NCBI GenBank assembly: GCA_003251635.1
Contig: QKEW01000012.1
Coordinates: 1-51,332, forward strand
Direction of reading: 5' to 3'
Length of the DNA: 51,332 bases
Origin: a bacterium
Lineage (GTDB): Bacteria; Patescibacteriota; Minisyncoccia; Moranbacterales; GWC2-37-73
Below, one piece after another: positions 1 through 9,602 of this stretch. The notes beneath the pieces were generated by a model. The model did not search any database. It was not told the DNA's origin and saw only the letters and a list, made by a program, of their open reading frames with translations. Made by a program: the position numbers and the translations under genes. Every line of letters starts with the position of its first letter. Positions within the stretch are counted from its first letter, which is position 1.

Positions 1-2058
1 TGGTGGGGTAGTGAGAATGGTCCGGAAAAAACCAGCGATTCAAACGGTAACACGGTTTATCCAAAAATTGTGGGTCAAGCAGATTTTTCCGATTGGCGAG
101 AGAAGGAAGAATTTCATGACCCGGTAATTATTGTGCCGGGGATTTTGGGGTCTCAAAAGGTTGACGGAAAATGGCAGATGGATTTAATTTTTCACGTTTA
201 TGACAATCTTTATAAGGAATTTACCGCTAATGGATATACAGTTGAAGATGATTTATATAAATTTCCCTACGAATGGCGCGACAGCAATATTGATAACGCC
301 AAACTTTTGAAAGAAAAAATTGAAGAAATCAAAGAAGAAAAAAACTGGCCGAAAGTTGATATCGTAGCTCACTCAATGGGTGGGCTTTTGGCAAGAGAAT
401 ATATTGAATCGGATTATTATGGAGACGACGTTGATCAGCTTATAACTTTAGGCACCCCACACCTTGGAGCGCCTGAGTCTTATTTAAAGTGGGACGGCGA
501 TAAATGGTTTTGGTCTTTGGGGGATATTTATACAAAAAATATCATCAAACAAGAAGCTGAGGAGATGGGATATGATGACATTTTTGACTATGTTCATGAA
601 AGACCCGTTGAATCTCTGAAAGAGCTACTGCCGACCTATGAATATTTGCAAGAAGTTGATAATGATTACAAATACAAGATTTATCCTCAAGACTATCCGC
701 GTAATGAATTTTTGGAAAATCTCAACAGTCAAGAGAATATTAAAAAATTGGAAAACATTGAATTTGATAAAATAGTGGGCAAATTGAATAATGAAAATAT
801 TACAATAGCAGGTTTTAATGTTATTGACGCGGATATGGGGAAATATTGGGAGCACGGTTATCCTCTTGGACTAGAAATTCCAATTATTGGAAAATCATCA
901 ATGTTTTATAGTGATGGAGACAAAACAGTTCCAATATTTTCAGCCAAGAGTCAAGAAATTCCCGAGGATGACCTTGTTGAAGTTGTCTCCGATCATCGTT
1001 CACTGCCAACTGAGGCTCAAAAGGATGTGTTGGAACTTTTGACTGGAGTAAGGCCGGAAAATGAAAAAAGAGATTCTCTAATTAAAGATATGTTAATAAT
1101 CTCAGTTTTCTCTCCAATTGACATCAATCTTACTTACCAAGACCAATCCGGCCAAACTCAAACCATCGGAGCCAATCAACCCAATCCAACCGAAGACGGA
1201 GCTTTCTACGCCAAATATTATCTTCAAGACGAAAACAAGCAAAACCTTGGGCAAGAAATCGAATTCATAACTGTACCTAATCCAACTGAAAGTGATTACC
1301 AACTCCAAACTATTGGCACCAGCCAAGGAAATTACAAAATTGAAGTTGTCAGAATATTGGAAGACCAAGATGGTCAAACTCAAGAACAGACAATTGAATT
1401 TACTGGCACTACTGAACCCAATCAAACCCAAGATTTAAATTTTCAAATTCAAAACAATCAACTTATCAATCAACAAGACCAACAAGCTCCTCAGATTGAA
1501 ATTCAAAGTCCCCAAAATCAAACTTATCTCAACAGTGGGCAATTAAAATTCGAATTCCAAGCAAATGACAACATCTCTGAAATTCAAAACATCCAAATTC
1601 AAAAATATCTTGACGCAAAAGAAACTCAAGAAGAAGTAATCCTGGACCTCTCCCTTCAAAAACTTGGTAAGCATCAATTCAAAATCATAGCTCAAGATGA
1701 AGCTCAAAACCAGAGTGAAAAAACGGTTGAGTTTGAAATTGGCACTGATCTGCCAACTTTCACTTCAAATCTGGACCACTACGAAGATTTGAAACTCCTG
1801 CGTTCCCAAGAAACCAGATTTATCCAACAAATCTTGAAAAAGATCCAAAGGCTTCAAGCTATTAAAAAAATGATCCAAGATTCTTCCAAACTAAAAAAGA
1901 AAGACAAAGAACATTTAGAAAAACTGGTAGATAAATTAATTCAAAAGACTTTGGATGGTTTGGAAAAAAACATCCAAGCCAAAACCGAAAAGAAAATTTC
2001 TCCCAATGCCAAGGAACTTTTATTGGACCAGCTTGATTGGTTGGGGAAAAATCTCTAA
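1..2058 (+). CDS. Alpha/beta-hydrolase (PGAP1/LCAT-like lipase) with C-terminal Ig-like region; 5'-truncated by the window edge
   Basis: Frame is open from base 1 (WWGSENGP...). Shows PVIIVPGILGS oxyanion motif, FPYEWRDS, AHSMGG nucleophile elbow, LGTPHLG, GDKTVP (Asp) and DH (His). The C-terminal part is Gln-rich and beta-rich. Confidence 0.8.
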   Translation, partial: WWGSENGPEKTSDSNGNTVYPKIVGQADFSDWREKEEFHDPVIIVPGILGSQKVDGKWQMDLIFHVYDNLYKEFTANGYTVEDDLYKFPYEWRDSNIDNAKLLKEKIEEIKEEKNWPKVDIVAHSMGGLLAREYIESDYYGDDVDQLITLGTPHLGAPESYLKWDGDKWFWSLGDIYTKNIIKQEAEEMGYDDIFDYVHERPVESLKELLPTYEYLQEVDNDYKYKIYPQDYPRNEFLENLNSQENIKKLENIEFDKIVGKLNNENITIAGFNVIDADMGKYWEHGYPLGLEIPIIGKSSMFYSDGDKTVPIFSAKSQEIPEDDLVEVVSDHRSLPTEAQKDVLELLTGVRPENEKRDSLIKDMLIISVFSPIDINLTYQDQSGQTQTIGANQPNPTEDGAFYAKYYLQDENKQNLGQEIEFITVPNPTESDYQLQTIGTSQGNYKIEVVRILEDQDGQTQEQTIEFTGTTEPNQTQDLNFQIQNNQLINQQDQQAPQIEIQSPQNQTYLNSGQLKFEFQANDNISEIQNIQIQKYLDAKETQEEVILDLSLQKLGKHQFKIIAQDEAQNQSEKTVEFEIGTDLPTFTSNLDHYEDLKLLRSQETRFIQQILKKIQRLQAIKKMIQDSSKLKKKDKEHLEKLVDKLIQKTLDGLEKNIQAKTEKKISPNAKELLLDQLDWLGKNL

Positions 2059-2092
2059 AATTAAAACAAATAACAAACAAAAACAAATTTTG

Positions 2093-2548
2093 ATGAAAAT
2101 TGGCAAACTGGTTTCTTTTGAAAAAACAATTGGGGCGGTAATCTTTCGACGGGAAGTAGATCGAACTTTTTTTCTGTTGGTCTATTCTGGATATTGGGGT
2201 CTGCCTAAGGGTCATCCAGAAGAAGATGAGAATGAAAAGCAAACTCTCAAAAGGGAAGTTCAGGAAGAAACTGGGATTGATGATTTGAAAATCTTGGAGG
2301 GCTTTCGAGAGAGTTTTTGGTTCAGCTATAAGCCGGGAGCTCAAGAACGTCAAAAAAGAAACTTTCGTTGGATCGTGAAAAAGTTTGTGCACTATCTGGC
2401 TCAAACCCAAAGTGAAGAAGTTTTGCTGTCCGAAGAGCATTCGGATCATGTTTGGCTGGAATTTGATGAGGCTTTGAAAAAAATCACACATACCAGCGCC
2501 CGTCGAGTTTTGCAAAAAGCCGGAAAATTTTTGAAAGATTTTGACTAG
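2093..2548 (+). CDS. NUDIX hydrolase (Ap4A hydrolase-like)
   Basis: Nudix box WGLPKGHPEEDENEKQTLKREVQEETG and the LSEEH..HVW motif. Start moved to ATG 2093 to avoid overlap with the upstream gene. Confidence 0.85.
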   Translation: MKIGKLVSFEKTIGAVIFRREVDRTFFLLVYSGYWGLPKGHPEEDENEKQTLKREVQEETGIDDLKILEGFRESFWFSYKPGAQERQKRNFRWIVKKFVHYLAQTQSEEVLLSEEHSDHVWLEFDEALKKITHTSARRVLQKAGKFLKDFD

Positions 2549-2597
2549 AAGTTTTTATTATAAATGAAGGACTTTTTATAATTCAACTTTTAGACAA

Positions 2598-2924
2598 ATG
2601 AGAAAATATCATCAAATCGGCAAAAGGCCAGGCCGACCGGCCTATCGAACCGCCGCTTCTTTTCGTGAAAAGGTCTTGAGGATAGTTGGAAAAATTCCGG
2701 CCGGAAAAACGCTGACCTACAAACAGGTAGCTCGAAAGGCTGGCAGTCCGCAAGCCGCTCGGGCAGTCGGCAATGTTTTGCATACCAATCAGGACCCGCA
2801 GATTCCTTGTCATCGAGTGATTCGCTCTGACGGAAAAATTGGCGGATACAATCGCGGATCAGCGCGCAAGCGAATTTTGTTGAAAGAGGAGGGAATTGAT
2901 ATGACAAATTTTGGAAGAAAATAG
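2598..2924 (+). CDS. ogt: MGMT-family methylated-DNA-protein-cysteine methyltransferase (C-terminal domain only)
   Basis: IPAGKTLTYKQVA, ARAVG helix and the active-site PCHRV motif. Start uncertain. Confidence 0.85.
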   Translation: MRKYHQIGKRPGRPAYRTAASFREKVLRIVGKIPAGKTLTYKQVARKAGSPQAARAVGNVLHTNQDPQIPCHRVIRSDGKIGGYNRGSARKRILLKEEGIDMTNFGRK

Positions 2925-3029
2925 ATTTTCTAGGCTTCTAGTTTTTTTATTGGAATGGAATTTAGTCTTGCTTTGGTGGCTTTTTTGGGTTAAGATTCGA
3001 AAAGAACAACTTGCTTAATAAAATCAGAA

Positions 3030-4727
3030 ATGAAAGGAAATAAAAAAATTAGAAATAGGTTTTGGGCAATAATGCTCTTGTTTGTTGTAACGGTAGTTAT
3101 TGCTTTTCCCCGAACGGTGGGATTTTGGCCGGCTCTCAAAGAGCGATTGGAAAAATTCGAGATCAGTTTGGGTCTGGATTTGCAAGGCGGGATTCATTTG
3201 GAATATTTGGCCAATACCTCCGAGATTGAGGATTCAAAAAAGGCCGAAGCTTTGCAGGCAGTGCAAGATGTGGTTGAAAGGCGAGTGAATGCTTTTGGGG
3301 TGGGTGAGCCTTTGGTCCAAACTTCCAAAAGTGGCAATGAGGATCGTTTGATTGTCGAATTGCCTGGTGTGGCTGACGTTGAAGAGGCTAAAAGTCGGAT
3401 CAAAGACACGCCGATTTTGGAGTTTCGTCAGGAAGCCGGACCGGAAAGTGAGGGTCAAAAAACTATAGATAATTTGAATTCACAATCTCAAGCCAAAGCT
3501 CAGGAAGTTTTGGATCGGGCTAAGAGTGGTGAAAATTTTGAAGATCTAGCCAAAGAATTCAGTCAGGATCCGGGAAGCCGTGATGAAGGCGGGGATTTGG
3601 GTTTTGTGAAAAAAGGAACTTTCGTGGCTCCTTTTGATGAGGTTTTGTTTGGAAAAAACTTGGCGGACGGAGAAATTTATGGCGAATTGGTGGAGAGTGA
3701 TTATGGTTGGCACATCATTCAAAAAGTTGAGCAACGGGGCGAAGGAGATAATTTGGAAATTCATGCCCGGCATATTTTGTTTCAAAAATGGAATTTGGAC
3801 ATGATTCCGCAGCTAGCCTATGAAGCTACTGGGCTAACTGGAAAAAATTTGAAAAATGCTCAAGTAGTTTTTAGCGGACAGGGAGTCAGTGAACCTCAGG
3901 TAGCTATTAAGTTTGATGATGAAGGTACCAAGCTTTTTGCTGAAATTACTAAAAATAATCTGGGTAAAAGTCTGGCCATCTTTTTAGATGGACAATTGCA
4001 AAGTGCGCCGACTGTGCAAAGTGAAATCACTGACGGAGAAGCGGTGATTACTGGAAATTTCACAGTGGATGACGCTAAGGATTTGGTGCGTCGACTCAAT
4101 GAGGGAGCTTTGCCTGTTTCTTTGGAATTGATTTCTCAACAAAGCGTGGAGGCCTCTTTGGGCGCTCAGTCTTTGACTAAAAGTTTGAAAGCCGGAATGA
4201 TTGGCTTGGCGGCTATTGTGATTTTCATGATTGTCTATTACCGATTTTTGGGTTTGGTGGCTTCTTTGGGCTTGTTGATCTACACCACCTTGATGATTTG
4301 CATCTTCAAGCTTTCCGGTGTTTTGAGTCCGTGGCCAATCACCTTGTCGCTTTCGGGTATTGCCGGATTTATTTTGACCATGGGAATGGCGGTGGATGCC
4401 AATGTTTTGATTTTTGAAAGAATTAAGGAAGAGATTCGCGAAGGTAAAAGCATCAGAAGAGCCTTGGAAGAAGGTTTCAGACGAGCTTGGCCAAGTATTC
4501 GCGATGGTAATCTTTCTACCATCCTAACTTCAGTGATTTTGATTTGGTTTGGAACCAGTTTTGTGAAAGGTTTTGCTTTGATTTTGGTAATCGGAGTTCT
4601 GGTTTCAATGTTCACAGCCATTGTTTTGGTTCAAAACATTTTGCGATTTTTGATTGGCCAATGGGCTGAAAAAAGACCTTGGCTTTTGGTGCGAATAGGT
4701 AAGAATAAGAATTTAAACGAGCAATAA
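3030..4727 (+). CDS. secD: Protein translocase subunit SecD with inserted parvulin-type PPIase domain
   Basis: LGLDLQGG, RRVNAFGVGEP, LAIFLDG, GALP, GMAVDANVLIFERIKEE and GFALIL motifs. Residues ~151-252 are rotamase-like. Confidence 0.95.
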   Translation: MKGNKKIRNRFWAIMLLFVVTVVIAFPRTVGFWPALKERLEKFEISLGLDLQGGIHLEYLANTSEIEDSKKAEALQAVQDVVERRVNAFGVGEPLVQTSKSGNEDRLIVELPGVADVEEAKSRIKDTPILEFRQEAGPESEGQKTIDNLNSQSQAKAQEVLDRAKSGENFEDLAKEFSQDPGSRDEGGDLGFVKKGTFVAPFDEVLFGKNLADGEIYGELVESDYGWHIIQKVEQRGEGDNLEIHARHILFQKWNLDMIPQLAYEATGLTGKNLKNAQVVFSGQGVSEPQVAIKFDDEGTKLFAEITKNNLGKSLAIFLDGQLQSAPTVQSEITDGEAVITGNFTVDDAKDLVRRLNEGALPVSLELISQQSVEASLGAQSLTKSLKAGMIGLAAIVIFMIVYYRFLGLVASLGLLIYTTLMICIFKLSGVLSPWPITLSLSGIAGFILTMGMAVDANVLIFERIKEEIREGKSIRRALEEGFRRAWPSIRDGNLSTILTSVILIWFGTSFVKGFALILVIGVLVSMFTAIVLVQNILRFLIGQWAEKRPWLLVRIGKNKNLNEQ

Positions 4728-4729
4728 AA

Positions 4730-5641
4730 ATGTTTAATATTATTGGAAGAAGAAAATACGCCTATATTTTTTCCAGCTTTTTGGTGGCAGCTAGTTTGGT
4801 TTTTTTGGCAGCTTGGGGCCTGCGTCTGGGCATTGATTTTAAAGGCGGAACTTTGATGGAGATCAAGTTTTCAGCTGATAAAGAAATTTCCAAAGATCAA
4901 TTGCAAGAAGTTTTGGAGCCGGTGGTATTAGGCAGTTTGCAAATTCAGGCTAGTGAAAATGGAGCCTACATTTTGCGCTATGGAAATTCCGACGAGAATT
5001 CCAACAATGCGGCTTTTGAAAAAATCAAAGGCTTGGATGAAAATGTGGAGCAACTGCGGGTTGATTTCATCGGGGCTTCAATTTCTTCCCAGATTAAAAA
5101 AAGTGCCGGAGTGGCTTTATTTTTGGCAGTAGTTGGCATTGCGCTCTATGTGGCCTGGGCTTTTCGCAAAGTTTCCTATCCGGTTCCATCTTGGCAATAT
5201 GGCTTGGGAGCCATCATCGCTTTGGCTCATGACATCATCATAACCCTGGGAGTTTTTGCGGTCTTGGGACATTTTTGGCAAGTGGAAGTTGGAATTCCAT
5301 TTGTGGCGGCTCTGCTAACCATTTTGGGTTATTCAGTCAACGATACCATCGTGGTTTATGATCGTACTCGAGAAAATTTGCTCCGTTCTTCACGCAAAGA
5401 AGATTTTGAAAAGATCGTGAACAAATCAATCAATGAAACTTTAGCTCGCTCGATCAATTCTTCTTTGACGGTATTGGTAGTGTTGGTGGCAATAATTTTC
5501 TTTGGAGGTGAAACGTTGAAATATTTTTCTCTGGCACTTTTGGTGGGAATCGGATTCGGAACCTATTCGTCTGTCTATGTAGCCAGCGCTTTGTTGGTGA
5601 CCAGCTGGAAAAGAGGTTTGAAAAATAAGAGTAATAATTAA
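4730..5641 (+). CDS. secF: Protein translocase subunit SecF
   Basis: LGIDFKGGT, HD, GYSVNDTIVVYDRTRE and GTYSS motifs; directly follows secD. Confidence 0.96.
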   Translation: MFNIIGRRKYAYIFSSFLVAASLVFLAAWGLRLGIDFKGGTLMEIKFSADKEISKDQLQEVLEPVVLGSLQIQASENGAYILRYGNSDENSNNAAFEKIKGLDENVEQLRVDFIGASISSQIKKSAGVALFLAVVGIALYVAWAFRKVSYPVPSWQYGLGAIIALAHDIIITLGVFAVLGHFWQVEVGIPFVAALLTILGYSVNDTIVVYDRTRENLLRSSRKEDFEKIVNKSINETLARSINSSLTVLVVLVAIIFFGGETLKYFSLALLVGIGFGTYSSVYVASALLVTSWKRGLKNKSNN

Positions 5642-5650
5642 AATAAATCC

Positions 5651-5968
5651 ATGTTGAACATTTTTAAGAAAAAAACTAATAGTGTTTCCGATGACAATCA
5701 AAAAGCGCAACAAAAAAAGGCTGAGCAGGAAATGATGGAAAAAATTCCCGGAGCCGAAAACATGGGCATGCTGCAGAAAATGGCCATGAAAAAGGTGATG
5801 AAGATGAGCCCGGAGGAACGCAATAAATTGATGCAGAAAATGTTGGAGCCAAAAAATATCCAAAAGAATAAAAAGCAGATTTTGGAAATGCTGGAGCAGA
5901 TGGAAAAATCCGGTCAAATGAATAAGCACCAGGTTTTTGAGGCTAAAAAGAGACTGGGTCTTTTGTAG
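5651..5968 (+). CDS. Met/Lys/Gln-rich helical hypothetical protein
   Basis: 105 aa with 14 Met; starts 9 bp after secF. Confidence 0.7.
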   Translation: MLNIFKKKTNSVSDDNQKAQQKKAEQEMMEKIPGAENMGMLQKMAMKKVMKMSPEERNKLMQKMLEPKNIQKNKKQILEMLEQMEKSGQMNKHQVFEAKKRLGLL

Positions 5969-6031
5969 AATTTTATCTTGTTAAATTTTTGTTTGGCGAT
6001 TTATATTCGTCGACATTATAAATATAAAAAA

Positions 6032-7240
6032 ATGACAAAAGAATTGGAACAAAAAATTGATCAAATTTTGGAAAGAGGCGTGATTGCCGAAATTTTGCCA
6101 ACCAAAGAGCAGTTCAAGCAAAAATTGCTCAGTGGTGAAAAACTGCGTTTCTATATTGGCGCTGATCCGACTGCGCCGGCTTTGCATTTGGGTCACGCTC
6201 AAAATCTGATGCTTTTGGAAGATTTTCGAAAGCTTGGACACGAAGTGATTTTTCTAATCGGAGATTTCACGGCCATGATTGGTGATCCGACTGACAAATC
6301 AGCCGCCAGAATCAAGCAAAATAGCGAGCAAGTGGAGAAAAATTTTGCCAATTGGAAAAAACAGGTTCAAAATATTTTGGATTTCGAAGATTCAAAAAAT
6401 CCGGTGCAAATTAAATTTAACTCCGAATGGTTGGGTAAATTGGATTTTGGCCAGGTTTTGGAATTGGCCAGTAATTTCACGGTTCAGCAAATGTTGGAAC
6501 GGGATATGTTTGAAAAAAGAATGCAAGATGGCGCTCCAATTTTTTTGCATGAATTTTTCTATCCGCTGATGCAGGGTTATGATAGCGTGGTGATGGATGT
6601 GGATGTGGAGCTTTGTGGCACGGATCAGATTTTCAATGCTTTGGCTGGACGGACTTTGCAAAAGAAAATTAACAACAAAGAAAAATTTGTAGTGGCGGCC
6701 AAGTTGGTGGCGGATGAAAAAACCGGCGCTTTGATGTCCAAGTCGAATGGCACTGGCATATTTTTGGATTTGGACGCCCAAAACTTGTTTGGAGCAGTGA
6801 TGGCCCAGCCGGACGGAATGATTAAGCCACTTTTGATCGGTTGCACTCGAATTTCTTTGGCGGAGATTGAAAAGTTGCTACAATTGGAAAATCCGCGCGA
6901 CGCCAAATTGGAACTGGCCGCCGAAATCGTGAAGATTTATCACGGAGAAAAAGCCGCTGGGCAAGCGCGGGAAAATTTCATCCAGACTTTTTCCAAAAAA
7001 GAAACTCCCGAAGAAGTGATTGAAGTCGGAGTTGATCAAGATCAGATCAAATTGACGGAATTTTTGGTGCGAGCCGGTCAGGCCAAGAGCTTGGGAGAGG
7101 CCAGACGAAAGGTTGAGCAGGGAGGTGTTAGCGTGGAAGGGGAAAAAATTACCGATTGGCAAGCAATTTTGGATAAAACTTTTGAAGACAAAACTTTCAA
7201 AGTCGGCAAGTTTGGATTTGTGAAAATTAAGTTTAACTAG
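6032..7240 (+). CDS. tyrS: Tyrosine--tRNA ligase
   Basis: YIGADPTAPALHLGH, YPLMQGYD, GTDQ, LMSKS and a C-terminal S4 domain. Start set at ATG 6032. Confidence 0.97.
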   Translation: MTKELEQKIDQILERGVIAEILPTKEQFKQKLLSGEKLRFYIGADPTAPALHLGHAQNLMLLEDFRKLGHEVIFLIGDFTAMIGDPTDKSAARIKQNSEQVEKNFANWKKQVQNILDFEDSKNPVQIKFNSEWLGKLDFGQVLELASNFTVQQMLERDMFEKRMQDGAPIFLHEFFYPLMQGYDSVVMDVDVELCGTDQIFNALAGRTLQKKINNKEKFVVAAKLVADEKTGALMSKSNGTGIFLDLDAQNLFGAVMAQPDGMIKPLLIGCTRISLAEIEKLLQLENPRDAKLELAAEIVKIYHGEKAAGQARENFIQTFSKKETPEEVIEVGVDQDQIKLTEFLVRAGQAKSLGEARRKVEQGGVSVEGEKITDWQAILDKTFEDKTFKVGKFGFVKIKFN

Positions 7241-7266
7241 GACACCCACTTTTTATAAGAGAAAAT

Positions 7267-7296
7267 AAAAATCCGACCAAGTGGGTCGGTTTTTTT
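7267..7296 (+). terminator. Intrinsic terminator after tyrS (probably bidirectional)
   Basis: CCGACC-aagtg-GGTCGG followed by a T8 tract and preceded by an A tract. Confidence 0.7.
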
Positions 7297-7418
7297 GCCC
7301 AAGAAAAACCCGGCAGTTCGCAAGCGTGCGATGCCGGGTTTAATTTGTGAAACTTTTTTAGATTAATCATAACCGCAGATTGACCAGTGGAAGGATTTTG
7401 CGGTTAAGATAACTAAGG

Positions 7419-8321
7419 TTAAAGAAATAATTTACTGATTTCCCTGCCTAGCATGGCAGAATCTTTCCCCAAGGTTACGTTGTGTAACCCGGGAATTTTT
7501 ACGAATCTGAAGCTATCGAACCCTAGCCACTCGGTGAATATTTCCAGGTTTGATTTTTCCCAGGGCCAGTGAATTTGAGCCCAGTCCCAGCGACTCTGAA
7601 AAATAGTTATTCTTGGTAGATACTGAGCATCTTGCCTTAATATCTCTGGAATCAAAGCCTGGGAACTTCTGCGGACCTCCCAAAGAAGTTTTTGTAAATC
7701 GAAACTCCTTTTAGGGGCATGATAAAAATTTTTCAGGATATCCACCGGACTCTCTTGGAATAGGGAGCTGACCCTGGTCAATAACCCTGAAATTGAGAAA
7801 GCTAGTGCAACCCAAACTTGGAAAGATCTCCTGAGGCTCAGTGGGTTGACAAGTATCACTTCTTTTATCTTTACTTTGGATTTATTTCTGCTGGCTAATG
7901 ACGCCATTTCCAGTATATTGCTGGCAGCGTTGGAATGGCCGAAAAGAATTACTTCTCCTACTCCTCTTAGTTTTTCCAGGAGTTGAAGAGCGGCGCTGGC
8001 TCCATGCAAGGGTTTGTCTTTGAAAACATCCCATGGTAATTCATCGGATTTTCCGTAACCAAACGGTGAAATCACGATGGTTTTTCGACCATAGTAGATG
8101 GCCGGTTCAAAGCATGGCAGAAGATCTGTTCCGCCACCGGGAAAAATGAATATGGGGGTTTTATTTTCTGACCCTGATTCTTCTGGAACAACCAGATATT
8201 CCAGATTATACGTTTTACCGTCATCCAGTGTAATGTAGGTAGTTTCGGTTTCTTGCAATGACCCTGCTATTGCAAGAGTTCTCTTGGCCGCAGTAGAATC
8301 CATTGGTTTTTTAAAGAACAT
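7419..8321 (-). CDS. Divergent alpha/beta-fold hydrolase
   Basis: PIFIFPGGG, PFGYGKSD, GHSNA nucleophile elbow, LVNP and C-terminal PGLH. Strong SD AAGGAGG. Confidence 0.7.
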   Translation of the reverse strand: MFFKKPMDSTAAKRTLAIAGSLQETETTYITLDDGKTYNLEYLVVPEESGSENKTPIFIFPGGGTDLLPCFEPAIYYGRKTIVISPFGYGKSDELPWDVFKDKPLHGASAALQLLEKLRGVGEVILFGHSNAASNILEMASLASRNKSKVKIKEVILVNPLSLRRSFQVWVALAFSISGLLTRVSSLFQESPVDILKNFYHAPKRSFDLQKLLWEVRRSSQALIPEILRQDAQYLPRITIFQSRWDWAQIHWPWEKSNLEIFTEWLGFDSFRFVKIPGLHNVTLGKDSAMLGREISKLFL

Positions 8322-8388
8322 AGTTTGCCTCCTTTTGGATTTGGGAATTATTATCTGATTTACGGAAATATTTTTTAGGCAACGGTGG

Positions 8389-8417
8389 ATTATAACTGAA
8401 AATCAATGAAAAGTCAA
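8389..8417 (-). promoter_or_regulatory. Sigma70 promoter for the hydrolase
   Basis: TTGACT-17 bp-TATAAT on the minus strand. Confidence 0.75.
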
Positions 8418-8489
8418 GGTTTTTTAGATTTTTTTCCAAGACTTTCGAGTTTAGTACTTTTCTTTAGTGCTTATTATTACAATTTGATT

Positions 8490-8518
8490 TTGACTTTTTT
8501 GGTCTTTGTCTTTAAAAT
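8490..8518 (+). promoter_or_regulatory. Sigma70 promoter for pheST
   Basis: TTGACT-17 bp-TAAAAT. Confidence 0.65.
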
Positions 8519-8556
8519 AAACTTATTGGAAAAACTAATCTTTTGGCGGAAAAATC

Positions 8557-9585
8557 ATGGAAGAGAAAATTCGCAAAATCAAACAAGAAGCTTTCGAAGA
8601 AGTTGGAAAAGCCAAAAATTTGGACGAGCTTTCGCAGTTGAAAATCAAATACCTAGGACGCAAAAGCGCTTTTAATGAAATTCTCAAAAGTCTTAAGGAT
8701 CTTTCAAATGAAGAGAAGAAAATAATCGGGCCACTGGCCAATTCAGTCAAAAGTGAAATTGCTGGATTTTTGGAAGAAACCGAAAGACTTTTGGAGATCA
8801 AAAGTTTTGATTGGGCAGCTGAGAAAATTGATGTGACCATTCCGGGTCAGAAAATTCGGCGCGGTCATTTGCATCCGCTTTCGATGGTGCGCAATGAAAT
8901 CGAGGATATTTTCACAGCCATGGGTTTTGAAATCGCTGACGGTCCGGAAATTGAAACTGAGCACTATAATTTTGATGCTTTGAACATTCCTAAGGATCAT
9001 CCGGCTCGCGACAAGTGGGATACTTTCTGGGTGAAAAATGATTCCGGCAAAGAACGTACGCTACTACGCACGCACACTTCACCGGTTCAAGTGCGTTTTA
9101 TGGAAAAGAATAAACCACCGTTTAGAATCATTTCGCCTGGCAAGTGTTTTCGCAATGAAGCGACTGACGCTCGGCATGAGCATACTTTCTATCAGTTCGA
9201 AGCCTTGGTGGTGGGCGATGACATCAACGTGGGCCATTTCAAATTTATCGCTCAGCAATTTTTTTCCAGCTTTTTCAAGAAAGAAATTGATGTGAGAGTG
9301 CGACCAAGCTATTTTCCGTTTACGGAACCAAGTTTCGAATTTGATATTAGCTGCAGTGTTTGTCAGCAAAAAGGTTGCAGTGTTTGCTCCGGAACTGGTT
9401 GGTTGGAAGTGGGTGGAGCTGGAATGGTGAATCAAGAAGTTTTTGTAGCCAGCGGTTATCCGCGCGGTCGTTATCAGGGGTTTGCTTGGGGATTTGGCTT
9501 GGAAAGACTTTTGATTTTGCGTCATCGCATTGATGATATCCGTTTGTTTCATAGCGGCGATTTGCGTTTTATCAACCAATTTTAA
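8557..9585 (+). CDS. pheS: Phenylalanine--tRNA ligase alpha subunit
   Basis: GHLHP, NFDALNIPKDHPARD, LLRTHTSPVQ, YFPFTEPS and GFAWGFGLER motifs. Confidence 0.98.
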   Translation: MEEKIRKIKQEAFEEVGKAKNLDELSQLKIKYLGRKSAFNEILKSLKDLSNEEKKIIGPLANSVKSEIAGFLEETERLLEIKSFDWAAEKIDVTIPGQKIRRGHLHPLSMVRNEIEDIFTAMGFEIADGPEIETEHYNFDALNIPKDHPARDKWDTFWVKNDSGKERTLLRTHTSPVQVRFMEKNKPPFRIISPGKCFRNEATDARHEHTFYQFEALVVGDDINVGHFKFIAQQFFSSFFKKEIDVRVRPSYFPFTEPSFEFDISCSVCQQKGCSVCSGTGWLEVGGAGMVNQEVFVASGYPRGRYQGFAWGFGLERLLILRHRIDDIRLFHSGDLRFINQF

Positions 9586-9602
9586 TTTACGCCATAAAAA
9601 AT

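Noticed and set aside
8406-8675. 89-aa ORF upstream of pheS
   Set aside because: Spans promoter elements and overlaps pheS out of frame.
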